Numbered from the stretch's first letter, positions 42,763-54,398 are shown. The stretch: 64,000 nucleotides of DNA from an uncultured Nitrososphaeraceae archaeon (GCA_963837175.1 CAWIMJ010000018.1:1-64000), one strand, 5' to 3'. Notes: generated by a model from the letters alone, not told the origin. Made by a program: numbers and translations.

Positions 42763-43078
42763 TTCTAATACGTGGTAATTATATCATATTAACAGTTGTA
42801 ATAGTTAATAGTTGTAATTAGTCGTATTACAATCTATAGTTAATTGGGATAAAACAAGTACAAAGATTATAATATATATGCCGTATTATTTCCAGGTTGC
42901 AAAATGGAGTCCACTCTCTCTTTTGCATTCCGTCGAATGTATTAACTCTTCTGATGATGTTTTTATTTTTCTAACAGGGAAATAGTTTGCCGAAGCATGA
43001 GTAAAAACTAAAAATAAACTATTGAAATCCTTTATATGCTAAAAATATATTTTAAAAAAATCAAAAAGTAGTTAGTTT

Positions 43079-43549
43079 TTACCGCTTGGAGAACGGTTGT
43101 TGTTGATCCACAGAGAAGACTGTACAGGCCTTTGCTATATTATTGCTAAATTCTGTTACTGCGTCAGCTGTTCGACTACAGATTTTCAGATTCTCTCTTG
43201 CAAGGTCTAATGCATTGATTGCTAGCTGATTGTTGATATCAACTGCTTTTAGTGTATTATTAGTAATTTCATTTGATTGTCTTGTAAATTGCTCTGTGTA
43301 TGATGTTGATACTGGGACGTTCCAGCTTCCTAAGAACTGCTTTTGAGCAGAAATTGTGTTCTGAATCAAGTTCTTTGTCGCCTGGATATAATCTAGCTGA
43401 AGATTAGATAATGCTTGTGCATATTGTGGTTGAACATTTGATATCTGATCTACTGCTCTGACAAAATTTTCCTTAACTGTGTCTAATACATGGGTTGCAT
43501 CAATTGATCCTACAGTAGTGCTTTCATTTTTTAATTTATTATCTATCAT
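43079..43549 (-). CDS. Gln/Asn-rich amphipathic helical protein, phasin-like
   Basis: All-helical pattern (QYAQALSNLQLDYIQATKNLIQNTISAQKQF); no TM; probable start MIDNKLK; upstream of the patatin on the same strand. Confidence 0.6.
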   Translation of the reverse strand: MIDNKLKNESTTVGSIDATHVLDTVKENFVRAVDQISNVQPQYAQALSNLQLDYIQATKNLIQNTISAQKQFLGSWNVPVSTSYTEQFTRQSNEITNNTLKAVDINNQLAINALDLARENLKICSRTADAVTEFSNNIAKACTVFSVDQQQPFSKR

Positions 43550-43829
43550 TTTTATACGCTGATAGTACTCGATATGAGTATATAAAGTCTGGTAACAAAT
43601 GGTAATGATTACCATGTAAAGCCCCTAAAATGTAATAATCACATTCTGGTAAATATGAAATCTAATGCTATAGCATGTGCATTGATTATGTTCTATGCCT
43701 GGGTTGAGTTATTCTCTTGTACGTATAACATTTTGCATACCATATACTTTATTTTAATGTGAATTATTCTTGTTATTAGGGCAATCAACTTCCTTTCAGA
43801 GATACATATTATAATCATTAATTCTCTTC

Positions 43830-45071
43830 ATGTCACGGCATACAGTCATGGCAACAGCAGCAATTGAAATTAGTAATATTTTGCAGGATCTTGTAGTTAT
43901 TATGGTAGTTGCAGGAGCCATGGCTATGATCTCATATCGATTCAAGCAACCAATGGTTGTTGGATATATTGGTGCAGGAATGATAATTGGGCCTCATACT
44001 CCACCTTTTAGTCTTGTACTTAATCTTGACGTCCTAAATCTATTTGCAGAAATTGGTATAATATTGCTCTTGTTTGTAGTAGGAATGGAATTTCCAATAG
44101 AGAAATTGCGAAAAATAGGAAGAAAAGCATTTGTTATTGCTATGTCAGAGGCTCTTGGAACCTTTTCAATAGGTTATTTTGTAGGACAGATTGCTTTGAA
44201 TTTCTCCTTTTTTGATAGTCTGTTTGTAGCATTAGCAATATCCGTCACAAGCACAGTCATTGTAATGAGAGTATTAGAAGAACTCGATATGATAAAAGAA
44301 GAAGCTTCTGTTCTTATTTTGGGCGTTGCAATAATTGAAGATATCATAGTTATTTCTGTGTTAGCGATTTTGCAATCAGTAGCGTCTACAGGCAGTTTGT
44401 CATTTGTAGATGTAGGAATTTCTATTGGTATAACTATTGCATTCATAGCTGGCGTTTTAGTAATTGGTTCAAAGACAGTACCCAAGTTAGTAGACTATGT
44501 AAGCAGAACAAATCAACACGACGTCTTGGTAGTTGTTATTTTAAGTGTAGCCTTTGGTCTATCCTTTATAGCATATCAAATAGGAATATCAGTTGCAGCA
44601 GGTGCCTTTTTTGCAGGGGTCTTAATTGCGGAATCTAAATCCCATGCTGTTTCAAGAGTCTTGGCAACTCCAATTAGAGATATGTTTGCAGCTTTATTCT
44701 TTGTATCCGTGGGAGCATTAATGGATGTTTCTCTTCTTCCACTATTCATAGTACCTGCTTTAGTATTGATAGCAGTATCGCTAATCGCAAAATTCTTGAC
44801 TGTATATATAGCTGCCAAATATCAACGTTTCAGTAAGTTAACTTCACTTAGAGCAGGGATTGGTTTGTCTTCTTCTGGTGGTGAGCTAGCGCTTGTTGTT
44901 GCAAAAGGTGGTGCGGATGTAGGTGTTACAAGTTCTTTTCTGCTACCAATGATTGGTGCTATGACAATAATTACAACATTCATATCTCCATATATCATTA
45001 AATTTGGTTGGAAGTTTGTAGAGAGTTCTGTTAATAAAAGCAAAAAAACTGAAAAAAATGAAGAAAAATAA
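43830..45071 (+). CDS. CPA2-family cation:proton antiporter
   Basis: QPMVVGYI.AG, AEIGIILLLF.VGME, IIEDI and GAFFAG motifs. Confidence 0.92.
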   Translation: MSRHTVMATAAIEISNILQDLVVIMVVAGAMAMISYRFKQPMVVGYIGAGMIIGPHTPPFSLVLNLDVLNLFAEIGIILLLFVVGMEFPIEKLRKIGRKAFVIAMSEALGTFSIGYFVGQIALNFSFFDSLFVALAISVTSTVIVMRVLEELDMIKEEASVLILGVAIIEDIIVISVLAILQSVASTGSLSFVDVGISIGITIAFIAGVLVIGSKTVPKLVDYVSRTNQHDVLVVVILSVAFGLSFIAYQIGISVAAGAFFAGVLIAESKSHAVSRVLATPIRDMFAALFFVSVGALMDVSLLPLFIVPALVLIAVSLIAKFLTVYIAAKYQRFSKLTSLRAGIGLSSSGGELALVVAKGGADVGVTSSFLLPMIGAMTIITTFISPYIIKFGWKFVESSVNKSKKTEKNEEK

Positions 45072-45133
45072 GAAAAATAAAAAATACTTTATGTTCATAA
45101 ATAAGTACCCCCTTTATGATTACAGTAATCTAA

Positions 45134-45496
45134 TCAGTCAAATATAGTACCATCATTATCGTATTTCTGCTCAACACATATTGTGAACCCTACATGTCCA
45201 CAGTCATCTGCATTACAACTTTTACATCTTGGTACTCCGTCATGTGTTTCAACTATTACATCATGACCAAGATTAGTATCATATATTACGGTATACTTAT
45301 TGTTAACAAATTCCTTTAAAATAATTGGATTATTTGTAGTAGTAGCAGATTTTTTGTCTTCCGAACTTAACCATTGGATAAATGCATTAGTACCCTGATC
45401 CAATGTATCACAATGTGTCCTTAGCTTAGGAAAGCTAACTGTATTCCTTTTTCTATTTATTTCTTGCTTCTTGTTATCTTGTTTATTATTGAACAA
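45134..45496 (-). CDS. hypothetical protein with SWIM-like Zn motif
   Basis: CKSCNADDCGHV; start uncertain. Confidence 0.55.
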   Translation of the reverse strand: MFNNKQDNKKQEINRKRNTVSFPKLRTHCDTLDQGTNAFIQWLSSEDKKSATTTNNPIILKEFVNNKYTVIYDTNLGHDVIVETHDGVPRCKSCNADDCGHVGFTICVEQKYDNDGTIFD

Positions 45497-45925
45497 CTTT
45501 TCTCTGATCTTTTTCTCTGAAGCTAATCACGCTTGTTACGTTTCATATCGGCAAGCAGGAATATAAACATACTTAATCTTACACAAAACGCAGGTTCATA
45601 ATCATGCTAAGATTACTACTAAGAAAATTATGTTGCAAACTTACTGTATATATTTCTCTATAGTCTTTGTTCGCGATGAAAAAATCTTATTCTTCAGATA
45701 AAGTTAGGGTAAAAGTAAATGATGATGCCTTCTCTATATACCTTTTTATATCAAACACTGAAAATTCCAACTCTAAGGAAGAATTAGATATGTAACAGAA
45801 TACTAAGAAATATTGCTAATGTATTATATGGAGTTAAGCACATTGTTTTATGGTGTATAATATTATCAATTCATGCCAGGTAATCTGATATATACATTTT
45901 CCTTCATTAATTTAATGTAAAATAT

Positions 45926-46290
45926 ATGGTAGTAGAGGAACAAAGACTATCTATGAGATTCATTTAAAGCAACTTCAGTAGGAATGCCTACTGAAAGTAA
46001 TTTTGAGCTTGTTAAAGTAAATGTTCTAGATCCAAAAGATGGTGAATTCTTGGTACGTAACATATGGATGTCAGTAGATCCCTATATGCATGGACGTATG
46101 AAAGAAACTAAAAGCTACATACCCTCATTCCAATTTGGAAAACCTCTTGAGAGTGGATACGTAGGTCAAGTTATAAAATCAAAAAAATAATCAATTTAGA
46201 GTAGGTGAATATGTCCTAGGGAATTTTGGTTGGAAGGATTACTGGCTTTCTAATGGTAGTAAGACGTTATGAAGATTGACACAAAGACGG
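45926..46290 (+). pseudogene. NADP-dependent oxidoreductase (CurA/PTGR-like), N-terminal remnant
   Basis: GMPTESNF..DGEFLVRNIWMSVDPYM.GRM..SYIP..GQVIKSK/NQFRVGEYV..GWKDY; frameshifted and truncated. Confidence 0.82.
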
Positions 46291-46384
46291 CTAGTATTAT
46301 CTATTATAAACAGAAATGTTAATGCAACAATTTCAAGTTCATAAGACCAAACGTTAATTGCCTTTATGACCTACTAATCATAAA

Positions 46385-46714
46385 ATGTCAGGCAGACAGA
46401 ATATAATAAAATATGTTAAACATAATAAAGTCAAGTTAAAAACAGGCAAAAGAGAAGAAAGTACTAAAATGCTTCTAGAGTTCTTCAAAGAACTTGAAGG
46501 AAAAGCAACAGGTATGAGAGGATTTATGGTAATGGAAGGCATACAAGACTTACAAGAATCGCTTGTTCTTACATTTTGGGAAACAAAAGAGGATATGGAT
46601 GCATTTTATCAGCCAGATAATATGGCTTTGTCTGATCTAGTTGAAAAGCTAAAACCTTCATTTGAACAACTACCTGTAAGAAAAGATTATCAAGTAGCCA
46701 AGTTTAAAGTATAG
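46385..46714 (+). CDS. ABM/dimeric alpha-beta barrel family protein
   Basis: KLKTGKREE..GMRGF..LVLTFWETKEDMDAF pattern. Confidence 0.72.
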   Translation: MSGRQNIIKYVKHNKVKLKTGKREESTKMLLEFFKELEGKATGMRGFMVMEGIQDLQESLVLTFWETKEDMDAFYQPDNMALSDLVEKLKPSFEQLPVRKDYQVAKFKV

Positions 46715-47242
46715 TAGTCAAGGGATATATCATCAGTCAATACTCATTTTGGCTTTGGTCAATCTATAGATAGTAAGTGTCTGTTTTAGAAAACAGTTTT
46801 AATATTAATTATGTTTCCTTTAATAGATACAATAGTATGGATATAGGTTATGGTTATTTGGAACCACTTAAGTGATATATTAATACACAAGTATAACGCA
46901 ACATTTGATACATCTATTGTCTCAAAATGAATAGTTTGTTGAAATAATTATAAGAGAATCTATTGAACCTCTTTACATGCAGGGACCAAATACCTCTGAG
47001 TGCTTCCGATCATGGCTTTGCAATTCTCATAAATTTATTGTGTTCTGATTGTATCTAATAGTAGATAAGAACAATCATGTTTTCAATTAATCATCCCAAT
47101 CATAATAATACTGCACTAACCTCTGCAACCTCAGGTCCTCCTCCAATGCTGCAATTCTGAAGGTATGGAGATCAAGGTACTCCTATCGCGGGACTTACCG
47201 ATTAAAAAGATATTAAAAATCAAGTGAAATACATAAAGAATC

Positions 47243-47965
47243 ATGGAGCTGGACAAGAAAAAGACTGCAATAATCACTGGTGCCGGCAGAGGAATTGGAA
47301 AGGAAACTGCTCTTCTTTTAGCAAAAAGAGGAATAAATGTAGTTATTTGCTCTAGAACTCAAAGTGAAATTTACTCAGTGATAGATGAATTTAAATCAAT
47401 TCCAAAAGATGATGTTAATATACTTGATATAAGATGTGACGTTAGTAAATCGTCAGAGGTATATTCTCTTGTCAAAGCAACAATAGAAAGATTTGGTGGC
47501 ATTGATATTCTTGTTAACAATGCTGGCATAGTTTTCGTCAAAGAATTAGTCGATACCTCTGAGTGGGAATGGGATCAAACTATGGATATTAATTTGAAAG
47601 GGACATTCTTGTGTACAAAGGTAGCTCTTCCTTTTATGATAAGCAACAAGTCTGGAGTAATTATCAATGTTAGTTCTGGTGCAGGAAAGACAGGATTTAC
47701 TAATATTTCAGCTTACTGTGCTAGCAAGTTTGGTATGATGGGTTTAACAGAAAGCCTTGCATTGGAAGTAGCGAATTACAATATAAGAGTAATGGCAATA
47801 TGTCCTGGAGAAGTAGATACAAAGATGCAACAAGACGTTGATCCAGAATATTATACATTAAATAAAAATAAAATGCTTAAACCCCAAACAGTTGCACAAA
47901 AAATTGTAGATATGATATTTGATGACAAGCATTATAAGAATGGCAAGTCAGTTGATATTGCTTGA
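47243..47965 (+). CDS. short-chain dehydrogenase/reductase
   Basis: [12 protein letters not shown] and YCASK motifs. Confidence 0.94.
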   Translation: MELDKKKTAIITGAGRGIGKETALLLAKRGINVVICSRTQSEIYSVIDEFKSIPKDDVNILDIRCDVSKSSEVYSLVKATIERFGGIDILVNNAGIVFVKELVDTSEWEWDQTMDINLKGTFLCTKVALPFMISNKSGVIINVSSGAGKTGFTNISAYCASKFGMMGLTESLALEVANYNIRVMAICPGEVDTKMQQDVDPEYYTLNKNKMLKPQTVAQKIVDMIFDDKHYKNGKSVDIA

Positions 47966-48914
47966 TGATATTTTCAATTATGATCCAAATGGATATAATT
48001 AATTTATGTGGTATCTTGTCAAGTGTATTCTTAGCCAAACCACTACCTACAATAATGGATTAATCTCTGATGCCTCTAAACCTCTTATCACAACCTTGGC
48101 AGTCACATGACAATGCTTGAGGTTAGGACGTAGCAGAGGTAACTTCCTATATAGAGGAGCGAACTGATATGAATAAGAATTTATAATAGCAACGAGGAAG
48201 CTTCGTTTCATAGAGTATCTTTTATGTATAAACATACAACCCTGAAAAATATTGATGACAAACTACCAGAAAATTATGACAAAGATTAGCGGATTAATCT
48301 GTTAGATATTATTCAATACAATATTTCAAAAGCAATTTACCATCTATATGTAGTACAATATGTGACAGCATTATTATACATACTCTGAATTCCGATACTG
48401 TATCACTATCATGGGTACAAAGTTTTCCACACGGTTCATCCACACATATAGTAGAATGTGGAAAGTTGGTATACCTATCTTATATCTAATTTACTATACA
48501 TTATAGCTAATTATATAATACTATTTTCTAAACAAACTGGATAAACAAAGAAGAAACTAAGGTATTATCAACAAAACTATCGATAGAATATTATAATGTC
48601 TTTTCATGCTGCTAGCCAAGCTTGAATATCAAGCTAGATTGATTAAAGAAGAAAGTACATCATAATTACTTAGGTTTACAATACATCACATATTAGAGCA
48701 AGTTCATAATCAGCCTGAACATCTTATATTCAAAAAACAACAGCAACAACAGAAACAAATTCAAAACAATCAGCAAAAGCATCACAATAACCAATTTAAA
48801 TTAATAACATAATGTAGTTATCTTCTGTAAATACTAATATGTAACTCCTAGATGTTATTATCATTAGATTCACTTGTTATAGCCTTAAAAATATAGAATG
48901 CTATAATATTACTA

Positions 48915-49061
48915 ATGGCTTTTAGTTGTCCTCAATGCGGCAAGACGATGGTCAAAAAAATAGCAGACACAAAATTGGGTTATAGAGAGGCATGGTACTG
49001 TGAGTTATGTGATGGATTCTATAGTGAGAAGAGGTTAAAGGAAATAATTTTTAATACTTAA
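48915..49061 (+). CDS. 48-aa CPxCG zinc-finger microprotein (not in ORF track)
   Basis: Hand translation: MAFSCPQCGKTMVKKIADTKLGYREAWYCELCDGFYSEKRLKEIIFNT*. Confidence 0.7.
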   Translation: MAFSCPQCGKTMVKKIADTKLGYREAWYCELCDGFYSEKRLKEIIFNT

Positions 49062-49371
49062 GGTGAATATTTAGATGCTCTCTTCTCAATCTGATAAAAG
49101 TATAATCGGTGTTTGGTGTATATGTTGTTTTTCTGCTTCTTTTGAATATTCATTTTACCTTTCATTATCTTCTTGTCCTATTGCTGTTTTTTCTTCGTTA
49201 TTTGAGAGCAATTGTATGTCAATAAAAAATTCTGATCTTATGTAATGTCAATTTGTGTCTTTATATATTGCAGATTAAGTCATTTTTCAGCAATTATGCA
49301 TCATTTTTTGATAAACATATTTTTTCTGTATTGTATATTTAAACAAGTAAAAATCTTCGTTAAAATTGTCT

Positions 49372-50568
49372 CTAGTCACTCATCTTAATATCTTTTAGTA
49401 TTTTGTTTGTCTTTAGTTCTCCGTCGTTAATTGATTCCTTTATAGTTTTTACAGAAAAATCTGCATTCTCGTATATATGAGGATGTTTCTCTTCTCTTAT
49501 TATGTAGTGAATGCTCTTAATTTCTGATCCGTGGTCCTCTTTAATTTTTTTATACTTTCTTTCAATTTTATTAACTACCTCCTTATCTAACTTAGCCAAA
49601 TCTACATTCTCTTGAAATATATCATAGAGCTCTTCGATATAGCTAAGATATTGAGTTATTACTTTAGACATCTTAACATTGTGCAATGTCTTATCACTGA
49701 ATATAATGTCTCTTGCTCTGTGAAAGACCTCAGAAAGATTTTGTGGCAGATGATCAATAGTTTTTGGATAATTTTCTACTAGGAAAATATGTTTATCGAT
49801 TATGGGAGAAGCATCTATTACTTCTCTCAGAGGAGTATTACTTAATAGACTGCCATCCCAAGCATACACACCTTCTTCTACTTCTACCCATGGAAAACTG
49901 TATAATGGATATCCTGAAGTAGCAAGCAAATGCCTAGGAGTTATTTGCATTTCCGAACTATCAAATGTCAACGGCTCTGCAGTTAAAACATTAACTGCTG
50001 TTATAATCAGACGTGGTGAATTAAACTTTGCATTGGATTGAATCTTACTATAGTCGATGTATTTTTCGAGTGTTCTTAGTAAAGGTGAGTGATCATATAA
50101 GTATGTCCATTTCCACGGCATAAAATACTGCGGATCAGTTAATGCGTATTCAGGTCTCCATCTCGGTACAAACATCTTGTCATTTCCATAAAATGCTGAA
50201 CTATAGAAGGAAAGAAGTGACTTAAATTGTAAATTCTGATGCGCGTTAGTCTGTGAGGATAAGTTTGCGGGTGCTAATGGGAAGGCGGTAGGATTATTTT
50301 CTGCCACCCATTCAGGTATAGGAAAATTCAAATCTACCGAATTTTCGGCTATTTCTAACCAGAATTGCTCTAGTGCTAGTTCGGGATGATCTTCTTCTTT
50401 ACTGCCAGCTATCAGAGCAGCATTTACACCACCTATTGAAGTACCAGCAATAATATCGAGATTTATCTTATTTTTTCTAAGGGCCTTGAATACTCCACAA
50501 CTAAAGGCCCCTAATGAGCCTCCTCCTTGCAATACAAGAACATTCTCAACTAAAGCATTATCAGGCAT
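49372..50568 (-). CDS. patatin-like phospholipase
   Basis: LQGGGSLGAF, GTSIG and WDGSLLSNTP motifs. Confidence 0.92.
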   Translation of the reverse strand: MPDNALVENVLVLQGGGSLGAFSCGVFKALRKNKINLDIIAGTSIGGVNAALIAGSKEEDHPELALEQFWLEIAENSVDLNFPIPEWVAENNPTAFPLAPANLSSQTNAHQNLQFKSLLSFYSSAFYGNDKMFVPRWRPEYALTDPQYFMPWKWTYLYDHSPLLRTLEKYIDYSKIQSNAKFNSPRLIITAVNVLTAEPLTFDSSEMQITPRHLLATSGYPLYSFPWVEVEEGVYAWDGSLLSNTPLREVIDASPIIDKHIFLVENYPKTIDHLPQNLSEVFHRARDIIFSDKTLHNVKMSKVITQYLSYIEELYDIFQENVDLAKLDKEVVNKIERKYKKIKEDHGSEIKSIHYIIREEKHPHIYENADFSVKTIKESINDGELKTNKILKDIKMSD

Positions 50569-50741
50569 ATCGAAATTGCATCTCCTTTGTTATCATTATT
50601 ATAACAATACCATATCAGTCTACATGATTATTAATTATTAGTCGATTAAGAATGTAATTGCTGTAATATGACAACTCTACTACTAGTATAGCACTAACTC
50701 TAGTAAAAGCTTTAATCTCTATTTTCTAATTTAAAGGTATC

Positions 50742-51230
50742 TTGGGAATAGATAGGATAGCTAAATTTTATTATTATGGCATATCACCTTTTGAGATCGA
50801 AGCTATCTATAGTACTCTAAAGAGATTCTTTGGAGCAGTAGAAGATCAACAGGTGCAAACTAACGATGCTTCATATGTTAGCATGATTGAAATTGGATTT
50901 CCTATTCCCTTTGATGAATCCTTTTTTCAATTACTTACGCCAGAAGGATGGTCTCGAATCAAGAGCTTGATTAAAGAAATGAAACGAAGAAGAGGTAAGA
51001 AAGGCATTAAAACATTCTTGCGTTTCAATGGTATTAGGGAAGGAATAAATTCTCAATTATTATTCTCACTACTAGATAAGAACGATAGGTATTTTGAAAT
51101 AGGTCTTGAAAAAATTGAATATCTAGTTGACATCATACCTGTACAATTGGACAAACTACCTGCTAATACAGAAATAGTAGAATATTCTTATGATGAAGTT
51201 AGTCACAAATGGAACCCACCTATTCCATAG
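50742..51230 (+). CDS. hypothetical protein
   Basis: 162-aa open frame with normal composition (KEMKRRRG, EKIEYLVD); no function recognised. Confidence 0.7.
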   Translation: MGIDRIAKFYYYGISPFEIEAIYSTLKRFFGAVEDQQVQTNDASYVSMIEIGFPIPFDESFFQLLTPEGWSRIKSLIKEMKRRRGKKGIKTFLRFNGIREGINSQLLFSLLDKNDRYFEIGLEKIEYLVDIIPVQLDKLPANTEIVEYSYDEVSHKWNPPIP

Positions 51231-51459
51231 TCATAGTTGAAATGGTTGAGGCATCATCATCAAGACTGATAGTACTTCGACAGATCGCTATTATGAAGGA
51301 TGAATGCAACAAATAATAACGCATATCATCATGATACTAGTAAATAAAATATTTCTATTTTTTATCAATGTTAGCCTGATATATCATGTACGCTTTATGT
51401 TCAAGTATCATGTGGATAGTATGCTAATTCCTCTTTTAATCTTAAGCTTGTCTTCGTTT

Positions 51460-51789
51460 TTATTTACCAATCTTCTCCATAACTGATTCTACTTTTTCCT
51501 CTAGGCTGCTTGATTTGTCTAATCTTTCATCTATTCTAATTGTTGACATTATTCGTTTTGCCCCAGCGGTTCGAACAACTTGGTGAGCAACTTCAATTGC
51601 TTGTAGAATGTTGGTAAAATTCTCTGATTCAATCTGTGTTCCCATCGGAGTAAGCATGGTCTTCAGACCCTTTATCTTCTGAATGGCATCAAATGCAGCA
51701 GCAATTTCCTTACTCATACTAGTTGTTGTTTCAGACCTTATCCCAATCGGTATAATACTTATCTCAGCATGTATTGAATTTTCACTCAT
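51460..51789 (-). CDS. MTH1187/YkoF thiamine-binding family protein
   Basis: AEISIIPIG, LTPMGTQIE and RIMSTIRIDERLDK..KVESV motifs. Confidence 0.88.
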   Translation of the reverse strand: MSENSIHAEISIIPIGIRSETTTSMSKEIAAAFDAIQKIKGLKTMLTPMGTQIESENFTNILQAIEVAHQVVRTAGAKRIMSTIRIDERLDKSSSLEEKVESVMEKIGK

Positions 51790-51871
51790 TATCCTAATAC
51801 CTATATGCTGTCTAACCTAGAATAATGTTAGCATATGCTCGCGCCATTCTATTATTGCTATTATCTTTGCT

Positions 51872-52678
51872 TTGATTTTTATTATCGTTAGAAATAAAAA
51901 AATAATATCATTGAATATTCAAGAGTTCATATCTTCACTGCCTCAATCGGTTGTAAGCAGTGAAGACATTTCAATTCCTGACAATGTGATAAGAAAATTA
52001 TTTAGGTTTGCTGAGCTCTGTAAAAATGATGTTTTCTATGATCTGAAATGTGGAAATAATAATGCTGTTAAAATTGCAGCTAAAGAGTTCACAGTAAAAA
52101 GGTCTGTTGGTATAGAAATAAGAAAGGCCTTAGCGAATAAAGCAAGAAAAAAAATTATTAGAATGAAAAATGCAGAGATAGTTAATGAAGATATTAGTAA
52201 AGCTTGCTTTTCTGATGCTACTGCCATACTATTTTGGTTTACAGATATTGATAATATTCAACAGATAATAGAGAAGTTTGAAAGTGAATTAAAAAACGGT
52301 GCTCGAATTATAACAATATGGTCTCCTCCTGACCTAATGCTCCCAACAAAGACTGAATTTCCGTTTTTTGTTTGTCAAAAACCATTCAAATACGCCAAGA
52401 ATATAAAGAAGCAAATAGAAGCAGTTTATGGAAATCCATGTATTGATTTTACTGCATCATGGTTACTCGCTGAAAAATATATTGATGCATTAGAAGTTGT
52501 TCCAGACAAGTATCATAGATTTGTAAATATGTTTCAGAGTATGATAATCTGGATAAACGCATGGAATATGGGGGTATCCTGTGAAGAAGAGATTCCGCCC
52601 CCCGTCCAAACCTATATAGGAATATTAAAAACTTTCTTTAACATTGATCTAACTGATATGATTTCGAAAACCCACTAA
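51872..52678 (+). CDS. class I SAM-dependent methyltransferase-like protein
   Basis: VFYDLKCG, VGIEI, EDI and GARIIT motifs; real start may be TTG 51911. Confidence 0.78.
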   Translation: MIFIIVRNKKIISLNIQEFISSLPQSVVSSEDISIPDNVIRKLFRFAELCKNDVFYDLKCGNNNAVKIAAKEFTVKRSVGIEIRKALANKARKKIIRMKNAEIVNEDISKACFSDATAILFWFTDIDNIQQIIEKFESELKNGARIITIWSPPDLMLPTKTEFPFFVCQKPFKYAKNIKKQIEAVYGNPCIDFTASWLLAEKYIDALEVVPDKYHRFVNMFQSMIIWINAWNMGVSCEEEIPPPVQTYIGILKTFFNIDLTDMISKTH

Positions 52679-52785
52679 CTTAGGCAACAATAAAGAAAAT
52701 TAGCTATGTAAAGCCTAAAGCAGAAAAATTCCACTTAAACCGTTTTCATCTTATCATTACCAATACTTATTTACCCATTGTGATT

Positions 52786-53808
52786 TTATATATCAATTGG
52801 CTGGCTGGAAGAATAGGGATCTATTCCTTTTATTTCTCTAGCTTCTCTATATCGTCTATAATCTTGATCTACTTCAATTGCTGCCTGTAGTATCTTACTT
52901 TTAATAGACTTTGATGAGTGCAAAAACATTTTAGTATCCTTTGGTAGACAATGTCCTCCAATTCCTTCTCTTGGCTCAAGAATATGTACATTCCATTTGG
53001 TATTTATAGCATCTCTTAGTTCTGAGAAATTTATGTTATTAGCCTGACAGTAAAGATAGAGATCTTCAGCAAATGCAATTTGTAAATATCTGTGTGCATT
53101 TTCAGCAATCTTACTTAATTCTGCAATTTCTATGTCTGAAACTGGATGCATAGGAATACCCAGACTTTTACCTTTACCTTTACTTTTTTCATTAGTAATA
53201 GATGTAGTAGAAGTAGTAGAAGTAGAAGAAGAAGAACTGTTCATATTCTCAGACTTTCCATCATAGAAATACATGGCTACTTTGAGACAACAATCACATA
53301 CTCCACCTATTACACGCACCTGATTTACACCATGTTCTTGCTCTTCTAAAGCATACCATCGGTGTGGTGCATGAGCTACATGCAATCTATGGTTAAGCAT
53401 TTCAAATACTTTCTTTGAAGTTCCTTTTGGAATAGTACTCTCTATAGAAACAAGAGCACCATTCTTTGCTTCCTTTGATATTTTATCTACTATTGATAAT
53501 AAACCCTCAATTTGAGGAGAAAACATATCATCAGGTTTATGGGTTGATATACACAAAATATAAACATCAAAATCACTAAAGCTAGTAGCTTTTTTTATTC
53601 CTGCTGTTGTTTGTGCACGGTCCATTGCCTTAGAACTAATGTCATATCCATAGACATCAAATTCTTCTTGTTCCTTTATAAATTTGGCCACAGGTAGTCC
53701 AAGTTGACCAAGTCCAATTACAAGTACTCGGTTAAGCGACGTCGTCATTTCTTGTGGTAGTATTTGGTATGATGCTGTTTTCATCATTTCTTTTTCTGTC
53801 ATTCGCAA
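52786..53808 (-). CDS. UDP-glucose/GDP-mannose dehydrogenase-family protein lacking the C-terminal domain
   Basis: IGLGQLGLP, IESTIP.GT, KIAEN..R..IAFA and GIGGHCLPKD motifs. Confidence 0.85.
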   Translation of the reverse strand: MRMTEKEMMKTASYQILPQEMTTSLNRVLVIGLGQLGLPVAKFIKEQEEFDVYGYDISSKAMDRAQTTAGIKKATSFSDFDVYILCISTHKPDDMFSPQIEGLLSIVDKISKEAKNGALVSIESTIPKGTSKKVFEMLNHRLHVAHAPHRWYALEEQEHGVNQVRVIGGVCDCCLKVAMYFYDGKSENMNSSSSSTSTTSTTSITNEKSKGKGKSLGIPMHPVSDIEIAELSKIAENAHRYLQIAFAEDLYLYCQANNINFSELRDAINTKWNVHILEPREGIGGHCLPKDTKMFLHSSKSIKSKILQAAIEVDQDYRRYREAREIKGIDPYSSSQPIDI

Positions 53809-54164
53809 TTTTTTGCGTAATTTTATTTATATGTACTAGCCAACACAACTATAGTACAGTTATACTCATATTTGCTAATCATAAAACGAATTAGTAATAG
53901 TTCTATTACACGGTAATATAATATAACTATAATTTAAAAAGAAAATTAGGATCTGGGATATATGCTTTATATATAGAGGTTATTTTGGATTCAAAGGTTA
54001 ACACAGGGAGAGTACTTAACTCCAGCCAAATGGAACAATATGTAATATTTTTATTATTTATTATAATATTATAATATTCTTCATCAAAATAATAGATGAA
54101 TTAATGTATGCTCGTTAATTATTAATTTTGCGTCAAATTTAATACATAGTATATAGTTGTTATT

Positions 54165-54398
54165 ATGAAAGTAATGGCTACACAGGCTTATTGTGTCAAG
54201 TGTAAGACAAAAAGAGACATGAAAAATGAAAAGCAGGTAACTATGAAGAACGGCAGAGGAGCTATATCTGGAACATGTTCCGTATGTGATACAAAGATGT
54301 TCAAGATTGGAGGAGCTGGAGATAAATCTAAGGCGAAGGTTGCAGTAAAGCAAGCCACAAAAAGTAAGGGCAAGAAAACTACAAAGAAAAAGAAGTAG
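54165..54398 (+). CDS. DUF5679-like Zn-ribbon protein with Lys-rich tail
   Basis: AYCVKCK..MKNGR.AI.GTCSVC.TKMFKIG. Confidence 0.85.
   Translation: MKVMATQAYCVKCKTKRDMKNEKQVTMKNGRGAISGTCSVCDTKMFKIGGAGDKSKAKVAVKQATKSKGKKTTKKKK

Noticed and set aside
53192-53240. GTAGAA/GAA microsatellite as a phase-variation tract
   Set aside because: In-frame units encoding a Ser/Thr linker; length changes would not alter the frame.
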